From positions 215,636,001 through 215,700,000 of the forward strand of contig CM097885.1 of NCBI GenBank assembly GCA_044892525.1: a DNA stretch of 64,000 nucleotides, given 5' to 3'. Below, in pieces: positions 63,901-64,000 of the stretch; the first letter of the stretch is position 1; every line of letters begins with the position of its first letter. A program made the position numbers and the translations under genes. The notes beneath the pieces were generated by a model. The model was not told the origin of the DNA and did not search any database. It worked only from the letters and a program-made list of their open reading frames with translations. The stretch is from Schmidtea polychroa (lineage: Eukaryota).

Positions 63901-64000
63901 AACCTCATCATATTTTAAAATAGCTAAAATGCTATATAAAAAACATGAATCGTCGGTGTTTTTTACATTAATTAAACAATATTTATTTTTTAGACAAGTA
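60931..64000 (-). CDS. Protein-primed family B DNA polymerase (5' end outside the window, more than 1020 aa)
   Basis: Exo I YADFE, Exo II HNLKGYD, Exo III YLKLD, Pol A DINNLY, Pol B KLLNNSLYGK and Pol C GDTDS. The frame is open from 63999 to the stop at 60931, so the ORF-track start at 63828 is internal. Confidence 0.96.
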   Translation of the reverse strand, partial: TCLKNKYCLINVKNTDDSCFLYSILAILKYDEVISQYRNRTSSYNLSELIYNPLDLPMKLKDIRKFEAKNPGLIINVFTYDHNKQLIDNYVLKHPHLDIIHRSKVLNGTVINLLLLNKGNNFHYIAISNLNRLLNCSINTSCPTRIRSIWCHRCLNGFNNRNALEKHEILCKRKQLGTTLYTFPQNKFLQFTDWSKTVTPPFVVYADFEAILPCDNDHFQRHMPISAGLLLVNNFDGSKSYQQFIGLDCVESFLSAIEDIALNKVLPFYYKMGRKPMIKLTKNEQQQFINSTVCYLCLKSIVDPVRDHDHFTGKYLGAACSTCNVNRKINKILPIVFHNLKGYDMHHILKYGLNKFKNWNLGCIPITTEKFISLIAHLGKISLRFIDSYQFVNDSLAKAVKTLNSLPFTNSAFSGTIVCEKGIFPYNFATSLDVLQTTYELPPIWEGVTELEYEKAQEIWVESNCRTLLDYMMIYLKLDCFLLADFFHQFRLKSIAHNRLEPLNYFGIPGMSWSSALMSLNEPIELITENEMFSFYEGGIRGGLTFVNKHYVNTDENTELLYIDINNLYGWALSQSLPCGEFCWVLNGFDKIMDECRNLNLESLSYGYTLEVDLVIPSELHDKLDDFPVAAEKMKPAGSKVEKLLLTHLPKSNYVIHWRLLKLYLELGVKVTRVNRGVRFKQSPIFKKYIDTNTELRSKSVNNLDKNYYKLLNNSLYGKTVENLKRRMNLRLCTTAGKLVKYSSKPTFKKSIKIADNLIATLLNSDSICLDRPSYIGQSVLDLSKLRMYELQYKDLESFRNEFNCKINIVAGDTDSFFLEVINCKLEVLLPAMIRDNLLDTSNYNSCHSLYSKNLDSVIGKFKDENKGLKYKEWVFLRPKCYSLLGDEETKKAKGVTLKGSDIKHQSYLDCYNTNQIFSVPQTKITSKNHQIFTIKNTKIALTNKDDKRVWVGKNASLAYGHVRLSELNIGENVGEIVAENVSENDGEDVSENDGENDGEDEEEFNEEDDIDIDDVILSDED

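Larger units (their letters stand above)
47760..64000. mobile_element. Polinton/Maverick (adintovirus-like) endogenous viral element, right end outside the window
   Basis: Complete core set with intact frames: ATPase, integrase, minor and major capsid, core proteins, adenain and pPolB. The left end is inferred from AGTAGG at 47760 followed by a repeat-rich GC-richer block; TIR/TSD cannot be confirmed without the other end. Confidence 0.93.

Noticed and set aside
1-64000. Assigning a host species or phylum
   Set aside because: High AT content and 40-50-nt introns fit several invertebrate lineages; the sequence alone does not discriminate among them.

Overview
This is a very AT-rich eukaryotic (probably invertebrate metazoan) genomic window with several N gaps; the host species cannot be assigned from sequence alone. 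(1) Bases 1-7921 look like the decayed, repeat-rich end of a Polinton/Maverick-type element, including a 747-bp fold-back and arrays of TGACCTTGA and TGAGTCA motifs. (2) About 9.6-45.8 kb on the minus strand is a host PH+RhoGAP gene (ARHGAP21/23-like). It has 42-52-nt micro-introns plus a few very large introns filled with Gypsy, hAT, piggyBac, mariner, pogo, Merlin-like and MITE insertions. (3) From about 47760 to beyond the right edge is a near-intact Polinton/adintovirus-like endogenous virus: packaging ATPase, integrase, minor and major capsid, core proteins, adenain protease and protein-primed PolB. The most unusual feature is that this element is spliced like its host. Reconstructed 37-63-nt GT-AG introns restore the integrase catalytic region, give the protease a start codon, complete a tail-anchored Bcl-2 homolog and assemble a 4-5-exon gene. 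The element also encodes a compact TBP-like protein and a possible GPI-anchored glycoprotein. It carries fixed-spacing TATA boxes, CCAAT boxes and a dense terminal AP-1-site array. All calls come from manual motif reading; no database searches were run.
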